Part shown: positions 25,950 to 38,327 of the stretch, in pieces
Layout: every line of letters begins with the position of its first letter
Position numbering within the stretch: position 1 is the stretch's first letter
Assembly: GCA_050084515.1 (NCBI GenBank)
Contig: CM114271.1
Coordinates: forward strand, 7,564,001 to 7,628,000
From: Blasia pusilla
Taxonomy: Eukaryota
Direction: 5' to 3'
DNA: 64,000 nt
Translations under genes and position numbers: made by a program
Notes under the pieces: generated by a model
The model's database searches: none
Told to the model about the DNA's origin: nothing
The model's input: the letters and a program-made list of their open reading frames with translations, nothing else

Positions 25950-27100
25950 AGCACATGCATTCCATTGACTCGCGTGGGTGGATTCTCCTGAAGGTTTCTA
26001 ATTGGAGGGATCCATTATCATAGATGGCCAATACCCGGTAGGGTCCCATCCAATTTAATTTTAATTTTCCGGGGAACTTTAGTCGCGGTTATCATCTAAT
26101 AGCGCTAAGTCGCCAACATTGATAGATTGTGGCGGAGATGTCGATCGTAACGTTTACGTTCTTTTTGCACTTGGGTTGTGCGTTGTAATGCGAGCATGCG
26201 TGCTTCTTCCAACTCCACTAGAGTCTCATTCTGTGTTCGATAACTTCGTCAGCGACTTCCGTTCTTGTGCCCTCCAATACCCGATAAGTGGGCAACGCGC
26301 CCATTGAATAGGTGTTAAGGGATGTACGCCATTAGTCGGGAAGAACGGGTGTAGTTTGTCATCACCTTCTCGGCTGTTCGGATGCGCCCATAATTGGGGC
26401 AATTTTTGTCCCAATCATAGGAATAGGTTACCGTTAATCGATTCAATATTCGGCAAATGAGGCCGTTCGATTTTTTCGTCAACCCGTTGGCTTTTGGGTT
26501 GTAGGGAGTGGTTTTCCGATGCTTAATGAGAAAGTGGGAAGTGAGAGACTCAATAGTCAGTTCAAGAAGTCGTCCCGGTCACCGACTAGTTCCAACGGAC
26601 ACCATAACGCGTGATAATCATCTCGTATAAAAACTTAGCCTTTGTTTCTTTGTCATCTTTCGCGTGGCTCGCTTCAACCATCTCAAGACAATAGTCCGTG
26701 GCGATAAGAATATACTTCCGCCGGGTTTGGTGAGTGGCCGGGGAGAAAGGGCCTACAAAGTCAATGCCCCATTTTTCAAAAGGAGCTAGGGGCATGATGG
26801 GGACCAAAGGCCACCGCAGAGTCGCCGTGGGTCGACACGCCTTTGGCAGCATCACAACTCGAATAAAATTACCTACGTCTTTATACATAGTCGGGCCACC
26901 AATATCGTGCGGCCAAAATTTTCTTCACGGTATTTTTTACCGCATAATGTCCACCGAATCACCATATCAGAGCTCGATGACTGGGAACCTCTTGACTTCC
27001 AAGCATCTTGATGCTCTTCATCAACACCTAATTTGAATAAGACCCTTGACAGAGCTCATAAGGGCCTATCCGATGTAAAAGATCACGCGCGTTCTTCCGT
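25950..27100 (-). pseudogene. Gypsy integrase, heavily frameshifted
   Basis: PLAPFEKWGIDFVGP...KYILIATDY, plus a WMGPY-like GPY/F segment near 26040. Confidence 0.85.
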
Positions 27101-27159
27101 CATCATCAAGGCGGAAGTCGCAGAGTCATTAGAAAACGAGAATATCCGTGATACAACGA

Positions 27160-28704
27160 CTAGCTCAACCGTTCCTCTGTTATCTGGAACAGATCTTCAT
27201 CGGGAAAGGTATCATCGACAGATTGGGTGAGGTCCGCATTTGTCATCCTCAACCGGGAAAGAAAATCGGCATTGGTATGCACCTTCCCGGCACGGGTCAC
27301 CACATCGAATGTGAATTCTTGTAGCAACAAGATCCACCGTGCAATGCGTCCTGACAGGTCGGCTTTCACCATTAAGGGTCTGAGTGCAAAATGATCCACA
27401 TGAAAGACAAATTCGTACCCTAATAAATAGTGTCGGAACTTTTTACACGAGAAGACCATGCCTAACGCCTCTCGTTCGGTGGTTGTATATTTCTGCTCTG
27501 CCGCCGATAGTTGTCGGCCGGCGTAGTAAATTGGAAAAGCATGTTTGTGCTCATCCAATTGGCTGAGCACTACTCCAATGGCAAATGAGGATGTGTCTAC
27601 ATACACGTGGAAGGGTTTGGTCCAATCGGGGGACCGAAGTACAGGAGCCTTCCGCAATGCGTCTTTTAAGGTGTCGAATGCCACTTGGCACGCTGGTGTC
27701 CACTCCCATTTGGTGGTCTTCTTAAGTAATGCAGTAAGAGCGCCTGCTTTTACCGCGTAATCTTTAATGAACCGTCGATAATACCCGACATGGCCCAAGA
27801 ATCCTCTCAATTCCCGGAGATTAGTGGATGGTTCCAATGCAACGATAATATCCACCTTGGCCTTGTCGACCTCAATTCCTTGTGCCGACACTCGGTGTCC
27901 CAGCAGAATTCCTTGTTTCATAGCGATATATGATTTGTCCGGATGAAGGGACAAATGCACTTCGCGACAACGTGCGAGTGTTAACTCTAACTTTTCAAGA
28001 TGTTCGGCCTCCGTGCTAAAGATACAAAAATCGTCTAAAAAGATTTCGATGAACTTCCGAAGATACTCCTGGAAGATGGAGATCATCATCCGTTGGAAAG
28101 TAGCTGGGGCATTGCACAACCCAAAAGGCATTACTCGATATGCGAAAGTTCCCCAGTCTGTCGTGAACGTTGTGAGGGGACGATCCTTTTCTCTTATGGA
28201 TACCTGGTTGTACCCCGAATACCCGTCCAAGAAGGTATAACGCTCGTGCCCGGCCACTTTATCCAAAATACTGTCGATGAAAGGTAGAGGATGGTGGTCT
28301 TTTAAGGTGGCCGCATTTAATTTCCGATAGTCTTGGCACACTCGGATTTTGCCCGTTTGTTTTTTAGGCACAATTACGATGGGCGACACCCACTCGCTGC
28401 TTAACACTGGATAGATTATTCCGGCCTCGAGATGCTGATCGATCTAGTCCTTAACTAACAATGAGTACTTTGGATTCAGTCGATATTGTCGCATTCACAC
28501 CAGGACCGCGCCTTCTTTAAGATCAATTCGGTGTTCACCATATTGTGCGGGAATGCCTCTCATTTCATCCATAGAGTATGCAAAGACATCCAAATACTTA
28601 AACAGTAGTCTTTTATATTTTATAAGTGTGGTAGGAGACAAATCCGCCGAAAGGCGTAGAGATTTTTGATCTGCAATATTGACTGGACATAGTCCGGCTC
28701 TCAA
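27160..28704 (-). CDS. Gypsy reverse transcriptase and RNase H
   Basis: RVCQDYRKLN, LDGYSGYNQ, VMPFGLCNAPATFQ, FLDDF, VDTSSFAIG, TTEREALG and NADFLSR. Confidence 0.95.
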
Positions 28705-28805
28705 CCATGTTTTTCAGAACTGGAAGGTGCTATGACCTAGCTTCTCTTCCTCTCGAGTCGACCTTGGCTTGGAGGGTACTGACTCCTCATCTATTTCATA
28801 ACATT

Positions 28806-29501
28806 CTAAATAATATACATTGGACGAGGACTCAGTAGTGGTGGTGTTGTCTTGATCTGACGTATAGCCGTCGTCAGTCGGTGGCGTCTCTCCTTGGGGT
28901 GGTCGAGATTTCCACAACTTGATGAGCCGCCGAGTCCTGATTCGGCGCCGAACGTGAACCGACGCCTTTTCCAATCTGTAGTCACTCTCGCCATACTGAC
29001 CCGGGGTCTTCCGATGAGCAGAGGATAGCCCGTCGCGGTCAGGGGCTGTAAGACTAAGTAGTCCAACATAAACAACACCCCCCCGAGCATGGTCGGAATT
29101 TGCGTGAGCTGTCCGAGGGGTCTCTTCCGGGATTGATCTGCAAACCGCAAGTACTTGTCCGTGGGCTCGTACACCGTGTACCCTAGGGCCCGAGCTGTTT
29201 GCTCCGTCATAATATTGATTCCGCTTCCGGAATCAATGGGGACCTTCTTAATGGTATTGCCCTCAATCTCCACCTCCACTTCGGGGGCTCCCAAGTCCTC
29301 GACTTCGATACGGAATAGGTCCACCACTAGCAGCTGCTTCGCTGCCTTCCTGGGTCTTTTGCGGCTGATTTTCCACTGCTGCAGGATTTTTCCGTATATT
29401 GGGTTATCCATTAGCAACTGCAGCAGGGTTATGTTGGCCGGGGTTGATGCCAAGTCCCTCAGTAAATCGTACGCTTCTAGGACCAGTGGTGATGTCGCCA
29501 T
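28806..29501 (-). CDS. Gypsy aspartic protease
   Basis: VPIDSGSGINIM...LLIGRP. Confidence 0.85.
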   Translation of the reverse strand: MATSPLVLEAYDLLRDLASTPANITLLQLLMDNPIYGKILQQWKISRKRPRKAAKQLLVVDLFRIEVEDLGAPEVEVEIEGNTIKKVPIDSGSGINIMTEQTARALGYTVYEPTDKYLRFADQSRKRPLGQLTQIPTMLGGVLFMLDYLVLQPLTATGYPLLIGRPRVSMARVTTDWKRRRFTFGAESGLGGSSSCGNLDHPKERRHRLTTAIRQIKTTPPLLSPRPMYII

Positions 29502-29738
29502 GGCTTGGACTGTCGTACTTGGGTTGGCCTTTGCCTTCTCTGGGGTCTGTTTCCCCTCTGGTTCCTAGGCCTCCCGCACTTGAGCACGGACCTGGTCCTC
29601 CACGTCCTGATGGAAGTATTTTGATGACTTGGTCAAAGGCCGGGTCCACATCGCTTTGAGGATGGCCTTTCCAAAGACGTAAGGTGTTGACCGCTTTGTT
29701 CTTGGGTTCCCGAAGCCAGCAAGACGAAGCACCCTTCT

Positions 29739-31250
29739 TTACCTTTGGGGTCCTGCGGGTCCGGACGCTTTGATCTCGTGGTGACCGCCAACACTGTTTC
29801 TTGAAATTCTTTGGGCGGTCGATGATTCTTGATGGCCCCTTGGGTCAGTCTTCCTCGCTGATGGTGACTCGCTTTGGTCTCGGGACACTACTTCTTCCAC
29901 CCGGACTAGTTGTACATTTACATCGTTCTTGGGCTCAGGTTGAGCCGCTGGAGTATTTACATACCTGACCAACAACCGTGGGACCTTAGGCTCTGGGCAT
30001 TCCACGGCAGTGTGCCCGCCCTTCTTGCAGTTCCCGCATAAGGGATTGAGTCCCACTGGTTGCTTCGGGTTTGGGCAATTATTGGCCCAGTGGTCTGCTG
30101 CGCCGCAGTTATAACAACAATTTCTCTTGCTGGGTGGCGTGAAGGCCGCCGGACCCATAATCTGTCTCAGGGGTCTTTGTTCCCCGTATTCCGGAGGCAC
30201 ATACCGCGTGATCCAGCTTCTTCCAGGGTTTGGGGGTGGCACCGCTTGCACGGCATAGCACCCTTCCCACTGTTTTGGTTCATACCATCCTTCTTCAATA
30301 GGGGCCTCTTCCTGGACCCACCGCAGATCCCGCTGAGCAGGGCATTCTTGTACAGTATGCCCCTTGGTTCCACAACTACTACACCAAACGTTGGGCCTCA
30401 TCAGCCTGGGTCGTCTTCTGGGGTCCTTCGGGCGCAAGTGAACCTTCAACTCAGCCATTTGTTTTCGAGTTCCTCCATGGCCGACTTGCTGGCCTTCCTT
30501 GCCGTCCCTCTTACCGGACTTTCCGACCCGCCGAGGACGACGCTTGGTAATTGGTCGGGTTTTAGTCGGTGCTTGGGGAGCGATGCGCTTTGCTCTTCCT
30601 CGCCTCTTAGCTTTTACCTCGCCCGAAGTCCAGGACTCGACGAATCCTCTGTAGAGAGGATTACGTGCCGATGGAGGACGCCGTCTTGGACGAAGCACTA
30701 TCTGCGACGCCCCTCTTCGTTGGTGACGCCGTCTTCGTGTTCGGCGGGACTTTTCTGAAGCTTCGTATGCCTCAACAGAGGCTATGACTACCTCTAGGGA
30801 ATCCGTTGACCTCTCCGGCAATACCTATCCATTTCTTTGGACAAGCCAGACACGAACCAATCTACCAATTGGGAGGTAGTCGTGTGTTCTAGCTTATTCA
30901 CAAGGCTCGGAACCGTTGGGTATATTCGGAGAGTTTCCTTCTTTCTTCGCTTCAGGTCGTCGAAGCTTTGTAAGAAGCTTTGTCCTCGAACTCCAAGTCG
31001 CGGAACTCGTGTAGGAAGGATTCCACGACCCTTTTCAGTCTCGTGACTTCGCTCCGAGACCTTCATACCACGCTTGCTTGCTCGCTTCTTGAGCAGGCCG
31101 GGAAGACTCGTAACAAATCCTCCTCCGCCCCTTCCCGTTGGCTTTTTGCGACATGGGTGAATTCAAGAATAAAGTTATCCACATCGTCTCGTCGGCCTCC
31201 AGCAAAGGTGGGGTACCTTAGTAGAGTTTTTCTAGTGTTGGCCATGGGCA
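29739..31250 (-). pseudogene. Gypsy gag with three CCHC zinc knuckles (frameshifted)
   Basis: CSSCGTKGHTVQEC, CYNCGAADHWANNC and CGNCKKGGHTAVEC. Confidence 0.85.
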
Positions 31251-33163
31251 CAACTCTCCTGCTGGCTCCCGGGCTTGATGCTCGTGAAGGAGGAGGTAAA
31301 GGTGCCGCCCGAGGTGCTCTGATCGGCTCCTCGCTCCCTGAGTCTCCAAAGGGGTCCCAGAGCGACTCTTTGTCCGACTGCAAACTGGCAGGGGACGTAG
31401 TGGGAAATTTGTCCCTTTCTTTCTTCTTGGTCTTCGTCTTTGGATGAGGACGAAGACTCGGAGACGAACCAGGGGTCTCAAGCCGGTTCTTGTCTCCTCG
31501 CCCCTCTTTGTGCCCGATCGGCTCGTGGCCGCTGCTCGCCGAAGAGGGCCGAGAGCCTTCCATAAGTTTCTTGGGGGATTTGGCAACTCGCAATCACCCC
31601 CACGGTGGCGATAGGGTAAGGGTCCATGGATGGAGGTTAACTACTGATTCTTTTTACATCTACAGGAGGGTGCCTGGTGCTCCTATGCTTCCTGCCAGGT
31701 TTTCCTCCCATAGACAGAAGTTTTCACCAAGTACAACTATCGTCCATGGGCGAAGCACCGTTCGGCGACCGGTTCTTTGACCATTCTAATTAGTTGGCCT
31801 ATCTTCTCTAGCACCAATGCAGCAACCGTATTGTTATCTTCGAGCATACATTGTCTTACAGGGGTCGCTAGAGCTAGCCGATGGTCTTTAGTAAGAATTA
31901 GAATGTGGGTTGTCTAGGAGCGAAGCTTCTTTCTCCGTTCCCCTGCTTCCCCATGGATCTTTCTCTCCCTTCTCACCAACGATATGATCCCGGCGTGGCG
32001 TAAAAAAGTCTTCGGCTCTATGTAATGTCTAAGTGTTTCTTATTTACAGTCAATTGTAGAGTTCGATCCCCAAGAGGATCATTGTTGGATGAAAAGAGAG
32101 TATAAGGTGATGATTATATTGTAAAAGTGTAAGTGATTATGTAATTCAATTGTAGTATTCCAGTATCAGCTTCCGATCCTTCTTAGTACCTATGTTTTCT
32201 TCTTCAATTCTCTCGAGTGGAGTTTAAAGGACGCTCAGGCAATTTGTTCTCTCATCATCTCGGAACCTGACAGAGACCTCAAGAATAAAGCTGGCTTCTC
32301 CTACTTTCGGAACTCAATCCGTCGGGGTAGGTTACTCTCTGTCAAACAGATTTCATACAACTTTATATTGATTATTCCATGGATGAGAAAGGTTTGTCTG
32401 ATTCACTCTTCACTCGGCAGACCCAAAAAGAATATTCAGACATAAGCATCGCACATCAAAATGATTGAATGAATGCTTTACTACTCCATCAAGAATTGGA
32501 ACACTTCAAAGTATCTACAAGCTCGAGAGGGTACATCTCTCTTGCTCGGACCATTCCTACAGCATAAGGACTTCATGAGCGAATGATGATAATAGCTTCG
32601 TCTGTTTCTTAAATATTCTCGAGTAGGATCGTTTCTATGATCCAGCGTTCTTGATGAAGGGTGTGTCTTTTCAATATCTCAGAACTACCTAGATCTATGG
32701 TTCTCTTAGCTTTTCCTACGATCCCTATGAATCCGCGGTACAAAACTGTCCTAACTACCAATTTGATACAAAGGGTCGCGCCCTTTCCTAGTCTCATTCT
32801 GTAAACTATGTGTCGTTTTGAATCTCAATTCGCTGTGCTAAATTTTCGGAGGACGAAGTTCTTCTGTCTTCTTCGTGCTTCGTTGAAGAACGAGGTACTT
32901 TGTATATAGAGCTTTGTTAGACTTCGTTAAACTTCGTTAAGCTTCGCTAAGCTTCGCGTTGAGCCTTTATACTTCTTTACAGCTTTTGACTCTCCTCTAA
33001 GGCAAATCCTTGATCTTCATCTCTCTGCCTTGTCTTCGGAGCTTGGTGATTCACTTATTCTTCTTTATAATAATAGATAATCATAATCAAAATCATAATA
33101 TACAAGAGTCTTCATTGAATAAAATGATACATTCTTCAAGATTACATAATTGTGGGTATCACA

Positions 33164-34040
33164 GACCTTAAGAAGGCATAAGACACTGTATGGCGTGACG
33201 GGCTATCTTATAGCTTGTGGAAGGCGGGGCTGAGAGGGAAAATGTGGAGGGTGGTGGAGAAGATGTACCTAAACACAAGGAGTAGAGTTCTGGTGAATGG
33301 CCAAAAGAGTGGGACATTCGACATCAAGCAAGGAGTGGCTCAAGGATGCCCGCTCTTCCCCACTCTCTTCAATATTTTTGCTAAAGCCCATTCGCGGCCA
33401 ATCTGGGGATTCCACTGATTTTTCACTTTTCTAAATTTTGTGCAATTTGCAACTCGTCGGACTCAGAGGGGTTGCCAAAATGTGGAAGAGGAAAAAAAAT
33501 TGTGGGAGTGCTTAAGAACTTAGCAGAAAAGTGCAAAAAAATTCACACAAAAAGTTCCTCTTTTCAACCCAACGGAAATTCCCTATTGGAAGAAATTGAG
33601 GATAGTGGACTAGGCATACGGGTGGGCAAACAACTCTGTTGTTGCCCTCATGTTTGGTGATGACTTTGGTGGCCTCGAGGAAACAGGAGAGAAACTCCAA
33701 GAGATGATCTCCCTGACCAAAATCTGGTGTGACATGTGGGGCATGGAGGCAAATGTAGTGAAGTGCGGTGTGATGATTTTCAATGGCAAGGAGGAGGACC
33801 AAGACCAACAGTGGTATTGGGGCAAACAAGAGATCCCTCGTGTGGCTACATACACCTATATGGGCATAGAATTCTCGAAAGATTGTATGTGGGATGCACA
33901 CATTAAGAAGACTACTGAGAAAGGCCACAAGAAGGTGAACGGTATGTCCAAATTCCTACATTGTCGGGATATCACATCAGAAGTAAAGCGCTCTCTCATT
34001 TTGCATACCATTCATCCTCGACTCCCCTGCTATCCTAAAA
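33164..34040 (+). pseudogene. LINE ORF2, 3' part (RT core), with an insertion of about 190 bp
   Basis: GLRGKMWRVV...QGVAQGCPLFPTLFNIFA [insert] NSLLEEIE...MFGDD...YTYMGI. Confidence 0.88.
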
Positions 34041-35164
34041 TATGGGGCAGCAATGTCAAGGGATACCAACACCATAACCAAAGCTTGCCAAACAAAGGAA
34101 TAGGCTTCTCTCTCTCTCTCTCTCTCTCTCTCTTCATGTGAAATTGAAGGCGTTTGGGGTTTGATGTCAACCTCATTCATGAATTTGTAATATTGAGACG
34201 CGTCTTTGAGAGAGAGTTGGTGTGAGATCACAAACATTACCTCTTGTGTGGAACCCTTGGAGGATACATTCCCCAACAAGTGACATTGCCAAGGTTGAAA
34301 TGGCAAGAGAGGATCCAAGGTGATGGAGACAATGTTCTATTCAAGGACTCCCCTAGCCCTCTATTTGGAGTTCCTAAAGAGGTGATCAACAACGCTCCAT
34401 GGGAAAACCTGGGGAGAGAACCTAAAATCAGCACCGGACCCAAAGTTCCAAAAAGACCCTATCCAAGAATCGGGGTGGCGGTGATCGGGATGAAAAATGT
34501 GAACATGCGTTAAGTTGCGGACGGCATACAGCTTCAGAAAAATCAAATCTTGGATACTACATAACATCATGCGTAAAACTCACTCCAAAATCAAAAGGTT
34601 CAAGAGATTATGCAAGCTTCCAAGCTCCGTGTGAGAACTACCTTGATGCGCATCTAAGGAGCCGCAAATGTGACTGGATTCCATATCCATATATAATTCA
34701 TTCCGTCGTATTGGATGAAAGATCGAGAAAAGAAAAATGGAGCAAGATGAGAAAGCATTCTTTCTTAGAACTATACTTGAGTGGATACCATAACCAGTTG
34801 AAAAAGCGTGGGCAAATGCTCATGACCACTACAATATATTTTACCTCTCTCTAACCAACCAACTAGTGCAATCAACCAGCTACACTGCTCCTCAAATGTA
34901 AGAAAATCACTCGTTGGGACTGTTTTCTCCGTCTCCAATTCTTGAGGGGGCAACATCATCAACAAATCCTTATAATTTCTACTGGCTCGGCCACACAAGC
35001 CAGCAATGGATTGGAGTATGAAGGCTCGGAATTGGTGATTTCCTGAGAAAAACATGAGAGGGTAGATGGTGGAAGTAATCGGGGTGGCGAAAGTGATGGT
35101 GAAAAGCCATACTTTACTATATTGGAGAGCAATGAAAAGCCAGATTGGCCTCTCTCTTCTGGGG

Positions 35165-35165
35165 A

Positions 35166-35202
<37 letters not shown>

Positions 35203-35211
35203 GAAGAGAGT

Positions 35212-35247
<36 letters not shown>

Positions 35248-35270
35248 CTCTCAAGAACTCTCTCTCAAGC

Positions 35271-35365
<95 letters not shown>
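35165..35365. repeat. Interrupted (TC)n microsatellite
   Basis: TC runs with short interruptions. Confidence 0.97.
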
Positions 35366-35367
<2 letters not shown>

Positions 35368-36109
35368 CAACAAACATCATTGTCACCAAAGACACACACA
35401 ATCCCATGTTAACTCATGGCATCCAAAAAACGAGACAAGAAGTACCAAAATATCTCTGATAAATCAAGATCCAATCTCTCTCAACACCATAGCTCTTAAA
35501 TGTGTGCACTCTCACATGTCTCTCTCAATGCCTATGTTCCCAAGTCACCTCCTTGGCTCTTGACTTGATGTAGGAGGTCAAGGGCCACTTAACAAAAATA
35601 GAAAGTCAACCATAGTCAAAATGGTACTAACCTAAAATAGTAAACTCCTCAATATGGCTCCAAATGAGCCGAAACGAAGGGGAAACCTGCTCTCTCAGGT
35701 TTCTTGGGGCCTCAATAGGTCATCCTCAACCTCCTAGGTCTATTCTCCACTACTCGCAAAGGCGGTCTCCTAGATCTCACCAATCTATCCTAAAAGACGT
35801 GATAAGTGTCGTGCGCATACACATCGCTACACAACATACATCGCTATCACCGAACACACACACACAAACACACACAATCCCATGCTAACTCATGCCATCC
35901 AAACAAGACAAGAAGTACCAAATATCTCCAATCGCCCTCCTAGTTGGTGTTTAGGTCCCTCTAACTCTAGATAGCCATCTATCCCTACCAACCATGACGT
36001 ACATCTCTTGGACGCTAAGAGCAAGAAGGCTGGGTGCTCATGGGGCCCCATCATTAGTCGCCTTCTTGTCATCCATGTTAGACATACAAGTCGAAATGTA
36101 GAACTACCT

Positions 36110-36265
36110 ACTCTATGTACATCAAGGACACATCCATCATCCCTCACGAACCCTAGTGAGAGGTGGCGTCAAGCATGCCGTATGCCATCCTCTTGAATAT
36201 CCATCATAGACTAGCATAGTGGCTGTAACACGGGCATAACCACACAACATATATCGCAAGCATAC
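36110..36265 (-). pseudogene. PHD finger at the integrase C-terminus (degenerate)
   Basis: YMLCG..ATMLVYDGYSRGWHTACLTPPLTRVREG*WMCP*CT fits the C4HC3 pattern, with several Cys codons changed to Tyr. Confidence 0.85.
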
Positions 36266-36299
36266 AAGAACTACAGCTAAGCTCGGATCAACTGTATAG

Positions 36300-37450
36300 T
36301 CAATGTTTCGAAGGTGACATAGTGCACAGTTACGCACATGGTCCTTCCAAACCATACCATCCCGTCCCTCCAAGCAGAGAACACCTAATGGCAAAACCTC
36401 ACGCACTCTCAAGATGGTGCGCCCTGCAATCACATCCAACGTTGTGGATGTCGTCTGCTCCAAGTAGACATAGTTTCCCTGATGAATACTCCGAATAGTA
36501 GGTCGATAACCACACCCCGAGTAGTCGCATACCTCAATGTATCCCGATGTTGCGCAATCGCCAAGTTCTCAAATGCCATGGGCATCAACCTCCGAAACAA
36601 TTCTGCCTTCTAAGAACATGCTCGCATCCATACATCAGGGTCATCAAGGTTCAACACCTCAACAACATCTTGATGAATGGCTGCAGGTAAATTAGGCTCT
36701 CGGCCATACAAAAGCAAGTACTGTCAGAAAGACGCTAAGGATGCCTGCCTGTTGAATCTGTATCCCATCGCCAATCATGGCAACTGGAGGTCCCAATCTC
36801 CTAGGTGACCTTTCTCCAAGCCATACTTATGTAGTCCTCTCTTCTTTGTCTACACAACCCACTCCGCTAGTCCATTTTCCTCACGATGATCTCGTAAAGT
36901 AGTGTGGTGGTCGATCAGTGCCTTATCACACAAGCCCTAAAACTCCCCGCGGACCTCTATACCGTGGTCTGTCAACACCTCAATTGGTGTGTCGTAATGA
37001 CTCAACATTGAATCTAGGAAGGCATATCCTACTCCCTCACTCGCTTTGTCAGGAAATGCAACCAACTCTATCCACTTCGAGAAGTGCTCGACCATCACCA
37101 ACACATAACAACTATGGCGCTTTGTCAAAGGCAAAGATCCTGCAAAATCCAAACTCCATCTATGACCTAAACCCATGATCGGAAGTGGATGCAACTGTGG
37201 ATTTGGAGCATTGAATGATGCTCAAACTCGATCACACACCATGTATCTGGCAACAAACTACTCAACGTCAGTCTGCATACCTCGCCACCGATATTGAATC
37301 TGGAGCAAGCTTTACGTCCGCTTCACTCCAAAATTACCCAACTCCTCGTAGGCATGACACACCAAACGTGCTCTCTGCAAAGGATGAGGCACTACATGCA
37401 CTCTATCATCCTCCCACACTCGCAACAAATGTGTCCCCTCCCACTAGAAC
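36300..37450 (-). pseudogene. DDE integrase of the MTase-Gypsy
   Basis: HPLPIMGLGHRWSLDFAG...YVLVMVEHFSKWIE...EVLTDHG. Confidence 0.9.
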
Positions 37451-37739
37451 CGTCTGGCTCGCCGTAGGATCCAATCCCGCTCTCTAGCACCCATTGTGCT
37501 CGCGATGCTGCCAGTACGCAAATACTCCAAGACCACTCCATCTTCGTGAATGTCTTGGCCACCTCTTGTCTCCACACCGGCCTCTGGATCTAAGGACTCT
37601 CCATCTGATTTGGCCATCGAAGTCTTAGAAATCTGGCTCTCCATAGCCAACAAACCCAAATAGGCTGACGCATGCCATACTAGCACTAACTCCTCATCAC
37701 TATCACCATGCCAACGAACTCATATCACACTTGCTGACT

Positions 37740-38325
37740 CGAGCATGGGTTACAGCTCAAACCATGTGCATCCTGGTTGAGCGTTCTAGGTCTATACACC
37801 ACCTAGAAGTCCTGCAACAAAAGAGCCCACCTTGCAAGCTTCCCTGTAAGATTATCGGACTCCTTCAACCACTTAAGTGGCTAATGATCAATAATGATGG
37901 TAAAGAGATTGCCGAATAGATAACTTCTGAAATGTGGGACACGCCACACTACAGCCAAGCACTCACGCTCATACGAGCTATACTTTGCCTCTGCTATGTT
38001 GTTCGAGCCACTAGCTTAAGCCACCACAAACTCTCTACCATCATCGTCATGCTGGGTGAGCACAGCTCCAAGCCCCAACATGCTCCAATTGATATGCAAG
38101 TGGAAAGGACACCCCCTGATCAGTCTCCTCAATATAGGCGCAAACCCAAATTTATCCTTGAGCATTTGAAATGCTCTCTCATGCTCATTCCCCTAGTTCC
38201 ACTCTTGATCCACCTTGATCAGCAAGGTTAGCAGCTTCACAATCGAACTAAACCCCTTGACGTACCATCGATAGAAGTTCGCCAATCCCATAAATGCATA
38301 AACTCGACTCACACCTCTAGGGCAT
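37740..38325 (-). pseudogene. RT thumb/connection and RNase H of the MTase-Gypsy
   Basis: AFMGLANFYRWYVKGFS, GLGAVLTQ, YSSYERECLAVVW, DH*PLKWL and KLARWALLLQ. Confidence 0.9.
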
Positions 38326-38327
38326 GG

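Larger units (their letters stand above)
22503..33163 (-). mobile_element. Full-length young Ty3/Gypsy LTR retrotransposon (non-chromovirus type, extra 3' ORF)
   Basis: Near-identical LTRs at 22503-23682 and 32021-33163, GACCT TSD, PPT GAGGGAGGGGGTA, and PR-RT-RH-INT order. Confidence 0.96.

Noticed and set aside
34771-35110. Possible CACTA transposase or host exons (also 8935-9204, 16980-17183, 56600-56890)
   Set aside because: No motif I can recognise, so they are left unassigned.
35381-35804. TGTCAC...GTGATA as a conventional 3' LTR
   Set aside because: Homology with block A extends left of 35381, and the 5' end lacks the A portion.
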